From Eubacterium sp. (GTDB taxonomy: Bacteria; Bacillota; Clostridia; Oscillospirales; Acutalibacteraceae): a DNA stretch of 64,000 nucleotides. Below, piece by piece: positions 37,686-46,939 of the stretch. A program made the position numbers and the translations under genes. The stretch lies in contig JAFWKC010000041.1 in NCBI GenBank assembly GCA_017514345.1, forward strand, positions 326 to 64,325, in the 5' to 3' direction. The stretch's first letter is position 1. The number at the start of each line of letters is the position of its first letter. The notes below the pieces were generated by a model. The model did not search any database and was not told the DNA's origin. It saw only the letters and a list, made by a program, of their open reading frames with translations.

Positions 37686-39836
37686 GTGAGAAAGGTGACG
37701 AACATCAATAACGGCTGGCTTTTTGAGATTAACGGCAGCACGCAGATTGTCGATTTGCCGCATTCCTTTAACGCTTCGGACGGAACTACGCCTGACTACA
37801 TAAGGACTAAGTGCTTTTATACAAAAGAGCTTGCGCCCTCTGATATGAACACGTTTCTTCTTGTTGAAGGCGCAAATTCTGTTGCAGAGGTTTATGCCGA
37901 CGGAAAAGTAATCAATACGCACAGGGGCGGCTACAGCGCGTTCGTTACTGACCTTACTCCGTATATCAAGGACGGCTGCACGCTGAAAATATCCGTTGAC
38001 AACAGCGATTTTGAGGACGTATATCCATCGACAGCTGATTTCACCTTCTGGGGCGGCTTGTACCGCAACGTTTCGCTGATAGAAACGGAAAAGTGCCATT
38101 TTTCGTTCAGCGATTTTTCGTCGTGCGGCGTTTATGCCACACCGAAAAAAACGGACGGCGCGTGGACGCTTGACGTAAAGTGCCTTGTTGATAATATGCC
38201 CGACGGCGCAACAATCAGATATACGCTTTTTGACGGGGATAATAGCATTTTTGCTCAGAGTGACAGCGAAAAAACAGAAATCACGCTTGACTGCGGCAGT
38301 CCTATACTGTGGAACGGCATAAAAAATCCGTATCTGTACACGCTTGTATGCGAGGTTATGGAAAACGAAAACGTACTTGACAGCGTTTCTCAGAGGGTCG
38401 GCTTCCGCACTATTGAAATTGACGCCGAAAGGGGCTTTTTCCTAAACGGCGAGCATATTAAGCTCAGGGGCGTTTCGCGCCATCAGGACAGAGAAAATAT
38501 GGGTAACGCCATAACGGAAAAGGAGCACCTTGAGGACTTAAGCTTAATCCTTGAGCTCGGCGCGAATTCCGTACGCCTTGCACATTATCAGCAAAACAGA
38601 TATTTTTATGATTTGTGCGACGAAAAGGGCGTGCTCGTCTGGGCAGAAGCACCCGTTATTTCCTCGTTCAGCGAGCTTAAGCAGGACAATGCAAAGCAGC
38701 AGCTGACCGAGCTTGTAAAGCAGAATTACAATCACCCCTGCATTTTCTGCTGGGGCATAGAAAACGAAATAACGCAGAACAAAAAGAACAGCAAAAGCAA
38801 GGCGTTAATTCCTTGTATGAAGGAGCTTAATTCGCTTGTAAAATCGCTTGACAAAACGCGCTTTACCACTTGCGCTCAGCTGTCAATACTTGACCAGTCG
38901 TCAAAGCTCAACAGCATTACCGATATCCTTGGCTACAATCATTACTTCGGCTGGTACGATTTCGGCTTTGATTTTCTCAACAAATGGCTTGACAGCTTCC
39001 ACGCCGATTATCCGAACGTAAGGCTCTGCCTTTCGGAATACGGCGCCGAGGGACTCGTTAATCTTCACTCTGCCACACCTGTGCAGGGCGATTATTCGGA
39101 GGAATACCAGTGCCGTTTTCACGAGGAGTACATAAAAGCGATTTCGTCGCGCGACTGGCTTTGGGGCTCGTACGTCTGGAATATGTTCGACTTCGGCGCG
39201 TCCAACAGGCGCGAGGGCGGAGTTATCGGCAAGAACAACAAGGGACTTGCAACGTACGACAGAAAAATAAAAAAAGACTCCTTCTATCTTTATAAAGCGT
39301 ACTGGAGCGACGAGCCGTTTACTCACATCTGCGGAACGCGCTTTAAAAACAGAAAAGCAGGCTCATACGACGTTAAGGTTTATTCAAACAAAGAGAGCGT
39401 AACGCTTACAGTAAACGGCAGGGAGTATACGCAAAGCGGAAGCAAAGTCTTTCTGTTCAGGGATATAGAAATTGCAAAAGGTGAAAACGAGCTTTCAGCC
39501 GACGGACACACGATAATTATTAACGGAGCTGACGAAACGGACAAATCGTACTCAATCCCGCGTGAAAGCTCCTTTGTCAGAAACTGGGAAAAGAAGAGTG
39601 AGGAAGAGCAGAAAAGCTACCTCTCGCCCGAAAGCACGATAAAGGAGCTTGTAAATAGCAAGGACGCTCACATTATGGTCGAGGGCAAGCTCGGACGCGA
39701 CAAGCTCAGCTCTCCGCTTTGGAAGCTGATTTATCCGATGAAAATAAAAACTGCTTTAAAGTTTATGCAGCGGCTCGGCTATACGAAAAACGACTGCCTG
39801 CTGCTCAGCGAGTACACTTATGCAATACACAAATGA
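37686..39836 (+). CDS. Glycoside hydrolase family 2 (beta-galactosidase-like)
   Basis: LNGEHIKLRGVSRHQD, NSVRLAHY, WGIENE, SEYGA; GTG start after GGAGG. Confidence 0.88.
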   Translation: MRKVTNINNGWLFEINGSTQIVDLPHSFNASDGTTPDYIRTKCFYTKELAPSDMNTFLLVEGANSVAEVYADGKVINTHRGGYSAFVTDLTPYIKDGCTLKISVDNSDFEDVYPSTADFTFWGGLYRNVSLIETEKCHFSFSDFSSCGVYATPKKTDGAWTLDVKCLVDNMPDGATIRYTLFDGDNSIFAQSDSEKTEITLDCGSPILWNGIKNPYLYTLVCEVMENENVLDSVSQRVGFRTIEIDAERGFFLNGEHIKLRGVSRHQDRENMGNAITEKEHLEDLSLILELGANSVRLAHYQQNRYFYDLCDEKGVLVWAEAPVISSFSELKQDNAKQQLTELVKQNYNHPCIFCWGIENEITQNKKNSKSKALIPCMKELNSLVKSLDKTRFTTCAQLSILDQSSKLNSITDILGYNHYFGWYDFGFDFLNKWLDSFHADYPNVRLCLSEYGAEGLVNLHSATPVQGDYSEEYQCRFHEEYIKAISSRDWLWGSYVWNMFDFGASNRREGGVIGKNNKGLATYDRKIKKDSFYLYKAYWSDEPFTHICGTRFKNRKAGSYDVKVYSNKESVTLTVNGREYTQSGSKVFLFRDIEIAKGENELSADGHTIIINGADETDKSYSIPRESSFVRNWEKKSEEEQKSYLSPESTIKELVNSKDAHIMVEGKLGRDKLSSPLWKLIYPMKIKTALKFMQRLGYTKNDCLLLSEYTYAIHK

Positions 39837-41763
39837 TTATGAATTTACGGGGAAATGGATAACCTCAAAGGAGTTTGAAGGGCTTGATAAAATCAACGTT
39901 TTTCACCGCTACCTTGACAGGGTAACCGTTCCCGAAAGCAAATATCAAAACGCCCACATTCTGTTTCGCAGGCGCTTTGCGCTTGACGAGATAAAAGCTA
40001 CAAAAATCATCATCGGCGCCGACGACTGCTTCAAGCTCTATATTAACGGCAGCTTCGTAACGGAGTGCTTCTGCCAGTGCGCGCGTGAAATTGATATAAC
40101 GGAATATCTCGTCAAGGGCGAAAATATCCTTGCCGTACACACGTACTATCAGGGGCTTATTAACCGCGTGTTTGTCAGCGGCGACAACTGCCACGGGCTG
40201 ATTTGCGATGTTATCTGCGACGGAAAGGTTTTGCTGTCAAGCGACGACAGCTTCCTGTATTCGTATCACGACGCCTATTCATCAAACGGCAAAACGGGAT
40301 ACGATACGCAGTTTTCGGAGGTATACGACGCGGGTGCAAAGCAGGTCGGCTTTGAGAAAAACGATTTTGACGACTCTGACTGGAAGCAGGCGAGGTTATG
40401 CAAAAACGACCTCACGCTTTATGATACCGAAGCAAAGCCGCTCGTTTTTGAAACGGTAAAGCCGAAGCTCACAAAAACCGAATACGGATATTTTCTTGAT
40501 TTTTCGTCAAATTACGTCGGCTATCTCAGCTTTACTGCAAGGGGCAAAAAAGGAAGTAAAGTACTCGTTCGCTTCGCTCAGGAGCTGAGCGAAAACGGCA
40601 GAGTCAGATACGAAATGCGCGCTGGTTGCAGATATGAAGACGTAATGCTTTTGTCGGGCGGTGCGGACACGCTGAAAGAGTTTGATTACAAGGCTTTTCG
40701 CTATGCCGAAATCATTATGCCCGACGGCGCCGTGCTCGACGAGGACACGGTCGTGCTTACTGCAAGGCACTATCCGTTCAGCACCGCTGAAAAGCATTTT
40801 GAAAACGGCGAGCTTGAAAGCGTTTGGAAGCTCTGCGCTCACACGCTGAAGTACGGCGTGCAGGAAACGGTGCAGGACTGTCCCGACAGAGAAAAGGGCT
40901 ATTATCTCGGCGACGGCTGTTATATCGCGCTGACCTTCGGCAAGCTTACGGGCGACTGGTTGCTTTTCAGGCAGCTGATACGCGACGCGCTGAAAACGAA
41001 GGCTGTTTCGCCGTCGCTTCTGACGTGTCTTAACTGCTCGCTGATACAGGAAATCGCTGAATTTCCGCTTATTATGATTATCGCTGTGAATATTTATTTG
41101 TCGCTTAGCGGCGACCGCGCCTTTGTCGACGAGGTTATCGATGATTTAAAATCGGTGCTTGATTATTATATTAGCGAATACACAAACGGTGAGCTTGTCA
41201 CAAAAATTGACAAGTGGTGCGTAGTCGAATGGCCCGATAACTTCAGGGATAATTATGACGTAAGCCTTGAACAAAACGCGTTCCTGCACGAAACGCACTG
41301 CGTTATTAACGCGTATTTTTACGGCGCGCTTACTGCCTTCAACGAGCTTGTCAAAAAAGCCGTTTACGATACTGAAAAAATAAAAAACGCGTATCTCAGC
41401 GCGTTTTACGATAAGGACAGGTTATGCTTTAAGGACAGCGTAAACACAGACCACTCGAGTATTGTTTCAGACGTTTTCTCTTACGCCTTCGGTTTGTGTC
41501 CTGATGAAAAGACGAAAGAAAAAATCATCGGCGATTTTGAAAAAAGGGGAATAACGACCGTCAATATGTTTTCGGCGTTCCCGATGCTTTACAGGCTTCA
41601 ACGCGACGGCAGGGATATCACAAAGCACATCCTCAACCCGAACGCGTGGCTGAATATGCTGAGCGAGGGCGCAACGACGACCTTTGAAACGTGGGGCAAG
41701 GAGCAGAAGTGGAACACCTCGCTTTTTCACCTTACGCTTTCGTACGCAGCATTTTTCTTATAA
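39820..41763 (+). CDS. GH78-like alpha-L-rhamnosidase
   Basis: QDCPDREKGYYLGD, GATTTFETW, SLFH. Confidence 0.8.
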   Translation: MQYTNDYEFTGKWITSKEFEGLDKINVFHRYLDRVTVPESKYQNAHILFRRRFALDEIKATKIIIGADDCFKLYINGSFVTECFCQCAREIDITEYLVKGENILAVHTYYQGLINRVFVSGDNCHGLICDVICDGKVLLSSDDSFLYSYHDAYSSNGKTGYDTQFSEVYDAGAKQVGFEKNDFDDSDWKQARLCKNDLTLYDTEAKPLVFETVKPKLTKTEYGYFLDFSSNYVGYLSFTARGKKGSKVLVRFAQELSENGRVRYEMRAGCRYEDVMLLSGGADTLKEFDYKAFRYAEIIMPDGAVLDEDTVVLTARHYPFSTAEKHFENGELESVWKLCAHTLKYGVQETVQDCPDREKGYYLGDGCYIALTFGKLTGDWLLFRQLIRDALKTKAVSPSLLTCLNCSLIQEIAEFPLIMIIAVNIYLSLSGDRAFVDEVIDDLKSVLDYYISEYTNGELVTKIDKWCVVEWPDNFRDNYDVSLEQNAFLHETHCVINAYFYGALTAFNELVKKAVYDTEKIKNAYLSAFYDKDRLCFKDSVNTDHSSIVSDVFSYAFGLCPDEKTKEKIIGDFEKRGITTVNMFSAFPMLYRLQRDGRDITKHILNPNAWLNMLSEGATTTFETWGKEQKWNTSLFHLTLSYAAFFL

Positions 41764-41765
41764 AA

Positions 41766-41797
41766 CAAAAAAGCACTGACGTAAGTCAGTGTTTTTT
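41766..41797. terminator. Bidirectional intrinsic terminator
   Basis: AAAAAAGCACTGAC-GTAA-GTCAGTGTTTTTT between convergent genes. Confidence 0.75.
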
Positions 41798-41802
41798 GCT
41801 AA

Positions 41803-41910
41803 TTATTCGTCGTCGTCTCCGCCCATCTGGTCAGTTGATGAGGTAGCAATAACGTCAACCTCGTTGTACGCTTCAACCTCAACCTCGGGCTTTGTGTAAA
41901 GCTCTTTCAT
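41803..41910 (-). CDS. 35-aa peptide with YxxP leader-like motif (absent from ORF track)
   Basis: MKELYTKPEVEVEAYNEVDVIATSSTDQMGGDDDE*; AAGGAA RBS, own promoter and terminator. Confidence 0.75.
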   Translation of the reverse strand: MKELYTKPEVEVEAYNEVDVIATSSTDQMGGDDDE

Positions 41911-41939
41911 AATATTTTCCTTCATAAAAGTGTAAAACT

Positions 41940-41968
41940 ATTCTATACCTATATTCCGAATTTGTCAA
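41940..41968 (-). promoter_or_regulatory. Sigma70-type promoter of the small peptide gene
   Basis: Minus strand TTGACA-N17-TAGAAT. Confidence 0.7.
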
Positions 41969-42041
41969 CACTGTATTTATATAGTTGTTAAAAATTGAAA
42001 TTTGTGGTATTATGTAGCTATATGAAAAACGGAGGAAAACT

Positions 42042-42329
42042 ATGCCTGAATTACTCGAAACTGCGATGCTCGTCTGCTTCGGTCTGTCGTGGCCGATTAA
42101 TCTTGTAAAAAGCATACGGGCAAGGACAGCAAAGGCAACAAGCCTGAAATTTTTACTGCTGATAACCTTTGGTTATCTTTGCGGAATTGCGGCAAAGCTT
42201 GCGTCGCATACGATAAATTACGTGCTGATTGTGTACGTGCTTAATTTAGTCGTTGTCAGCGCAAATCTCGTCGTGTATTTCATTAACAAAAAGCACGACA
42301 GCGAACAGAACGCAGAAAGTATTAATTAA
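42042..42329 (+). CDS. PQ-loop/SemiSWEET-like 3-TM membrane protein
   Basis: 95 aa; CFGLSWP...KSIRARTAKATSL. Confidence 0.6.
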   Translation: MPELLETAMLVCFGLSWPINLVKSIRARTAKATSLKFLLLITFGYLCGIAAKLASHTINYVLIVYVLNLVVVSANLVVYFINKKHDSEQNAESIN

Positions 42330-42345
42330 CGGAAAGAGGGGTACA

Positions 42346-44295
42346 ATGAAACGAATAGCTGCTGTAATAGGCTTTTCATTCGGTATCACTCTTTTTGCGC
42401 TTAATTTCATAGGATACGAGCTGTCAAAATACGTGGGGATTTTTCTTCTTTTCGTATTTGTGACGGCTCTTGCCGTTCCAAAATACAGACAGGCTGCAGT
42501 CGTGCCGCTTTGCGCGGGTACGTCACTGCTTGCCTGCATTTTATTTTTGTTTTCGTATAACGGCATTGTTGAACCTCAGCTTTTTCTTGATACAAAAAGC
42601 GCCGACGCCGTCTTCTGTATAACAAATCTCGGCGAAAAGACCACAAACGGATATGCCTATACTGCAAAGGTCGTATCAATAAATATGGCAGGCGCGCCGC
42701 AAGGCATAAAGGTGCGCCTATATACGCCCGAAAAGCTTTCTGCAGAGGGCTATCAGCTTATTAGTGGAAAGCTAAGATTTTTCGCTGTTGCTGACAACGG
42801 CTTTGCTTCCTTCGGCGAGTGGGGGAAGCAGATATTCCTTCACGCAAGCGTTAAAAAATATACGGTGTCTGATGAATTCGTAAGCTCGCCTATGCGTAAA
42901 ATACTTGAAATCAGACAGCATATTGCAGCTTCGTTTATGAGTAACGTCGGCGGCGACGAGGGCGCGCTCGGACTCGGTATGATTATCGGCGACCGCTCGT
43001 ATATTTCGGACGAGCTGATGGACGCGTTCAAAACGACGGGAACGAGCCACCTGACTGCTGTAAGCGGACTTCATCTTAGCGCAGTAACGGGCGTGTTTGT
43101 ACTGCTTTTCAACCGCTTTGGTATAAGCAAAAAGGTATCCTCGCCCATACTTATTTGTATTATTGTGTTTTACTGTATGCTCAGCGATTTTTCAAAATCA
43201 GTAGTGCGCGCGTCAGTAATGCTTACGATAATGATGATATGCAATATGACCGACGATAAGGCGGACTCGCTGAATTCGCTCGGTATTGCGATATTGGTGA
43301 TATGCCTTAATCCGTTTGCCGTGTGCGACGTCGCAACGCTGCTGACTGTCGTGTGCGTGCTTGCGATTGTTGTAGTTTATCCGCATATTCAGCAGAGAGT
43401 TTACGTTTATCAATTATATCTTAACTGCATCCAGCAGGGAAGAAAACCGCTGATACCGCGGCGCGCTGCAGAAACACTTGCAAAAATAGTCGATATGTTT
43501 TTGCTGTCGGCAGTTCTTTCGGTCTGCACTATTCCGATAATGTGCCTGTTTTTCGGCTACTTTTCACTTATCGGAATACTGCTTAACGTCATAATCTTTC
43601 CGCTCGGAAGCCTTGCAGTAACGGTGTCTATGCTCTGCTCGGCGTTTTCGGGAGTGTGGCTTCTCGGCGATGTGCTTGCGTGGGCAGAAAGGCTCTTAAA
43701 CGGGCTTATCATTTCTTTAATCAGGGGCGCGGCAAGGCTCCCGTATGCAGCCGTAAATCTTGTGCCGTCAGCGACAGTTTTTGTGGGAATGATACTCGTT
43801 GTGATTGCTATGTGCGTTATTTTTATTCCGCGTATCACGAAAAAGGCGGCAATAATGTCGCTTGCGCTCTTTTCAGCTTTTCTTGTCGGCTTCCAGCTTT
43901 ACGACAACGGCTGTTCGCATATTTACATTACGCAGAGCGGCGCGGCGGTTATATGCAAATCGGGCAAGGCTGAGGTCTGCGGACTGACGAAAAAGAACGA
44001 TATTAACGTAATAAACGATTATATAAAAAGCAGACGCTGCGAGCTTGAATGCGTGTACTGCTCCGACAGCAAGCTCGCAAAAGCGCTCGGCTGTTCTGCG
44101 AATAATAATAAGAATTATACCGTCGACGTTGACGGCGTTACCTTCGCTTACGGCGGAAGCGGTGATATTACGCTTGACGAGGCTTCTCTTTCTGACAGAA
44201 ACGGAACGGTTATGCTGTCTGTCGGCGACGTTGAGTATACTGTGAAAAACGGCTCGTTTTCTGTTGCTTATGAGTCGCCCGTGTTGTTGACATAG
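42346..44295 (+). CDS. comEC: ComEC/Rec2-family competence membrane protein
   Basis: GTSHLTAVSGLHLS, SVVRASVM, NPFAVCD. Confidence 0.85.
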   Translation: MKRIAAVIGFSFGITLFALNFIGYELSKYVGIFLLFVFVTALAVPKYRQAAVVPLCAGTSLLACILFLFSYNGIVEPQLFLDTKSADAVFCITNLGEKTTNGYAYTAKVVSINMAGAPQGIKVRLYTPEKLSAEGYQLISGKLRFFAVADNGFASFGEWGKQIFLHASVKKYTVSDEFVSSPMRKILEIRQHIAASFMSNVGGDEGALGLGMIIGDRSYISDELMDAFKTTGTSHLTAVSGLHLSAVTGVFVLLFNRFGISKKVSSPILICIIVFYCMLSDFSKSVVRASVMLTIMMICNMTDDKADSLNSLGIAILVICLNPFAVCDVATLLTVVCVLAIVVVYPHIQQRVYVYQLYLNCIQQGRKPLIPRRAAETLAKIVDMFLLSAVLSVCTIPIMCLFFGYFSLIGILLNVIIFPLGSLAVTVSMLCSAFSGVWLLGDVLAWAERLLNGLIISLIRGAARLPYAAVNLVPSATVFVGMILVVIAMCVIFIPRITKKAAIMSLALFSAFLVGFQLYDNGCSHIYITQSGAAVICKSGKAEVCGLTKKNDINVINDYIKSRRCELECVYCSDSKLAKALGCSANNNKNYTVDVDGVTFAYGGSGDITLDEASLSDRNGTVMLSVGDVEYTVKNGSFSVAYESPVLLT

Positions 44296-44343
44296 CAAAA
44301 CGGATTTAGTATAATTGGCTTATAATGAAAAGGGGGTATTTTT

Positions 44344-45462
44344 ATGCAGGAAGTTAAAGAGAAAAAGAAATCAAAGGGCAAAACCGTTTGCCTGATAATT
44401 CTATGTGTAATCCTCGTTATTGCTATTGCGGCGGTAGTATTTATCGAGGTTACGACTAAGCCGTCGTACGATACGGACGAGGACAGATTTGCTGTCGGCG
44501 GTATGGTAATATCCGATACCGTTGAGTACAAGGACGAGAGCGGCGACGGCATCAGGCACAATCCAGTTATTAAAATGATGCAGATGGTATGGCGCTTCTG
44601 CTCTGACGGCGACGCTGCAAAGCACGCCACGCAGACTCCTCCCGACAAGGTGGAAAAGGTCAAGGATATACCGTATATTGACGACGGAAATATATATCAC
44701 AAGCTTGACGTTTATTATCCAGAAGGCACGCCTGCTGACGCAAAGCTTCCCGTAGTTATTGACATTCATGGCGGCGGCTGGATGTACGGCGACAAGGAGC
44801 TTAACGAATACTATTGTCTGAGTATTGCCGACAGGGGCTATACGGTGTTTAACATCAGCTACCGTCTTGCACCCGACGTTACCGTTAACGAGCAGCTTCA
44901 GGACACGGCGCAGGCGCTTAAATGGATAAGCGAAAATATGAAAAACTATCCCTGTGACGAAACAAAAATTATGCTCACGGGTGACAGCGCGGGCGGACAG
45001 CTTTCCGCTTATTCAGCAGTGCTTCTTCAAAGCCCCGAGCTTCGCGAAAAATTCGGTGTTGTTGACGGAAACCTTAAGCTCAGCGCGCTTCTTCTGACCT
45101 CGCCCGTTGCGTTTATGAAGGACGGCGGAGCGTTCAGCATTTACACCAAAATTCTTTGGGGCAAGGATTACAAGAGCAAGCCTACGTACGAATTTATGGA
45201 CCTCGACAAAATCGTTGATTATGCTGAGCTTCCGCCGACGTACCTCATCACAAGCGGCGGCGACAGCCTTGCTCACGACCAGACGCACAGGGCGTATGAA
45301 TTGCTGAAGGAAAAGGGCGTGAAGTGTGAAATTGCCGACTTCGGCGACGATGAAAACGGAGAGCCGCTTCCACACGTGTTCAGCGTACTTTTCCCGTTTG
45401 ACAAATCGGGAACGAAAGCTATTGACGACGCGCTCGCGTTCTTCAACGAAGCGTGCAAATAA
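44344..45462 (+). CDS. Membrane-anchored alpha/beta hydrolase (HSL-type esterase/lipase)
   Basis: N-terminal TM, HGGGW, GDSAGG, HVF. Confidence 0.88.
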   Translation: MQEVKEKKKSKGKTVCLIILCVILVIAIAAVVFIEVTTKPSYDTDEDRFAVGGMVISDTVEYKDESGDGIRHNPVIKMMQMVWRFCSDGDAAKHATQTPPDKVEKVKDIPYIDDGNIYHKLDVYYPEGTPADAKLPVVIDIHGGGWMYGDKELNEYYCLSIADRGYTVFNISYRLAPDVTVNEQLQDTAQALKWISENMKNYPCDETKIMLTGDSAGGQLSAYSAVLLQSPELREKFGVVDGNLKLSALLLTSPVAFMKDGGAFSIYTKILWGKDYKSKPTYEFMDLDKIVDYAELPPTYLITSGGDSLAHDQTHRAYELLKEKGVKCEIADFGDDENGEPLPHVFSVLFPFDKSGTKAIDDALAFFNEACK

Positions 45463-45510
45463 TATGATAATAATAAAAACGGCTGTTTCAAAACAGCCGT
45501 TTTGCTATGT

Positions 45511-46926
45511 CTATTTGTTCTGTAGCTCCGCTTTGCCCTCCTCGGTGTCGCGGTAGTACTGTGTGAACGGGTGGAAGCGTTCCTTTTCCTCCCAAATCTC
45601 CTTTGCCTTTGGTGCCCAATGCTCTGCGTAATGCTCGCACTTTGCACAAAGTGCTTCCGCGCTTTCGGGACAGTTGAGGTTTGTCGATTTTGCGCCCGTT
45701 TTGTTAACGATTTTAACAAGCGCTTCGGGGTTTTCGAGCATAGGACAGGGACGAAGCATATTGTCGTTAAAGGGCTGTCCCTTGTAATATTCCCTGAAGA
45801 GCGGCGACCTCAGGCATTCAAGCACGCTCTTTTCCCTTATATTACAGTCGCTGTAATGGATAAATACGCACGGCTCGACGTCGCCCTCGCTGTTAACGTG
45901 GAAGTAGTTTCTTCCGCCTGCGATGCATCCGCCGACAAATTCGCCGTCGTTCTGAAAATCAACTGTGAAAATCGGCTTGCCTGTTTTGTCATTTCGCTTA
46001 GCTCGGATAGCTCTGTAAACGTGCTCGCGCTGCTCGGGTGTCAGAAGCAGGTCGGTGTCGGCGTCGCTGCCTACGGGCATATAGTGGAAATACCACGCAA
46101 AAATCGCACCGTTTTCAATTTCCATATCGTAGAACTCGTCGCTTGTGACAGCCTCGTAGTTCTGGCTTGTGTAGCACACCGATGTGCCGAAAATGCACTT
46201 GTGCTTTTTGAGCGTTTGCATAGCCTCGATAACGCGGTCGTATACGCCCTCGCCGCGACGCGCGTCAGTAGTTTCCTTCGTTCCCTCAACTGAAATTGCA
46301 AGCGCAAGGTTGCCCGCCTTTTTAATATCCTCACAAAACTCGTCGTCAACAAGCGTACCGTTTGTAAACGCGAGGAAAATGCAGTCCTGATTTTCGCTGA
46401 TAAGCGTAAGCAGGTCCTTTTTTCTTGTGAGCGGCTCGCCGCCCGTGAACATAAAGAAGTGCGTTCCGAGCTCCTTGGCTTCGCGTATAACCTTTCGCAT
46501 TTCGTCAAGCGTAAGGTTTGATTTGTGACCGTATTCGGCAGCCCAGCAGCCCTTGCATTTCAGGTTGCAGGCGGACGTCGGGTCCATAAGAATTACCCAC
46601 GGGATGTTACATTCAAGCTCGTCGCGCTTTTTGCGGAGAGTAGACGTGCCGACGTATCCCGCGTCAATTGCAAAGGTGAGCGCAACGCGCGTAAACTGGT
46701 CCCTGTCGAGCCTTTTTATTCCGTCAAAAAGATACTTGTGCCATACGTTATTCTTGTCGGTGATAATATCAATCGGCTTTTCAAAAGTGCTTTTAGGATA
46801 AATACTGCCAGCGGCAAGCTTCGCAACCTTAACAAGCCTGAGCATATTCCTCTCAGGATTCTTGTAAACGTATTTCATTAGCGTGTTGCCTAAGCGGTGG
46901 AGCAGAGCAGGGCTGATGTTAGCCAT
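45511..46926 (-). CDS. Radical SAM protein with SPASM/twitch-type C-terminus
   Basis: CNLKCKGC, TGGEP, GCIAGG...EPCVF...PCP. Confidence 0.88.
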   Translation of the reverse strand: MANISPALLHRLGNTLMKYVYKNPERNMLRLVKVAKLAAGSIYPKSTFEKPIDIITDKNNVWHKYLFDGIKRLDRDQFTRVALTFAIDAGYVGTSTLRKKRDELECNIPWVILMDPTSACNLKCKGCWAAEYGHKSNLTLDEMRKVIREAKELGTHFFMFTGGEPLTRKKDLLTLISENQDCIFLAFTNGTLVDDEFCEDIKKAGNLALAISVEGTKETTDARRGEGVYDRVIEAMQTLKKHKCIFGTSVCYTSQNYEAVTSDEFYDMEIENGAIFAWYFHYMPVGSDADTDLLLTPEQREHVYRAIRAKRNDKTGKPIFTVDFQNDGEFVGGCIAGGRNYFHVNSEGDVEPCVFIHYSDCNIREKSVLECLRSPLFREYYKGQPFNDNMLRPCPMLENPEALVKIVNKTGAKSTNLNCPESAEALCAKCEHYAEHWAPKAKEIWEEKERFHPFTQYYRDTEEGKAELQNK

Positions 46927-46939
46927 TTTAATTCCTCAC

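Noticed and set aside
41803-46926. Radical SAM/SPASM gene as maturase of the 35-aa peptide
   Set aside because: 3.6 kb apart with unrelated genes between; the enzyme is in the argS operon and shows no evident RRE domain.
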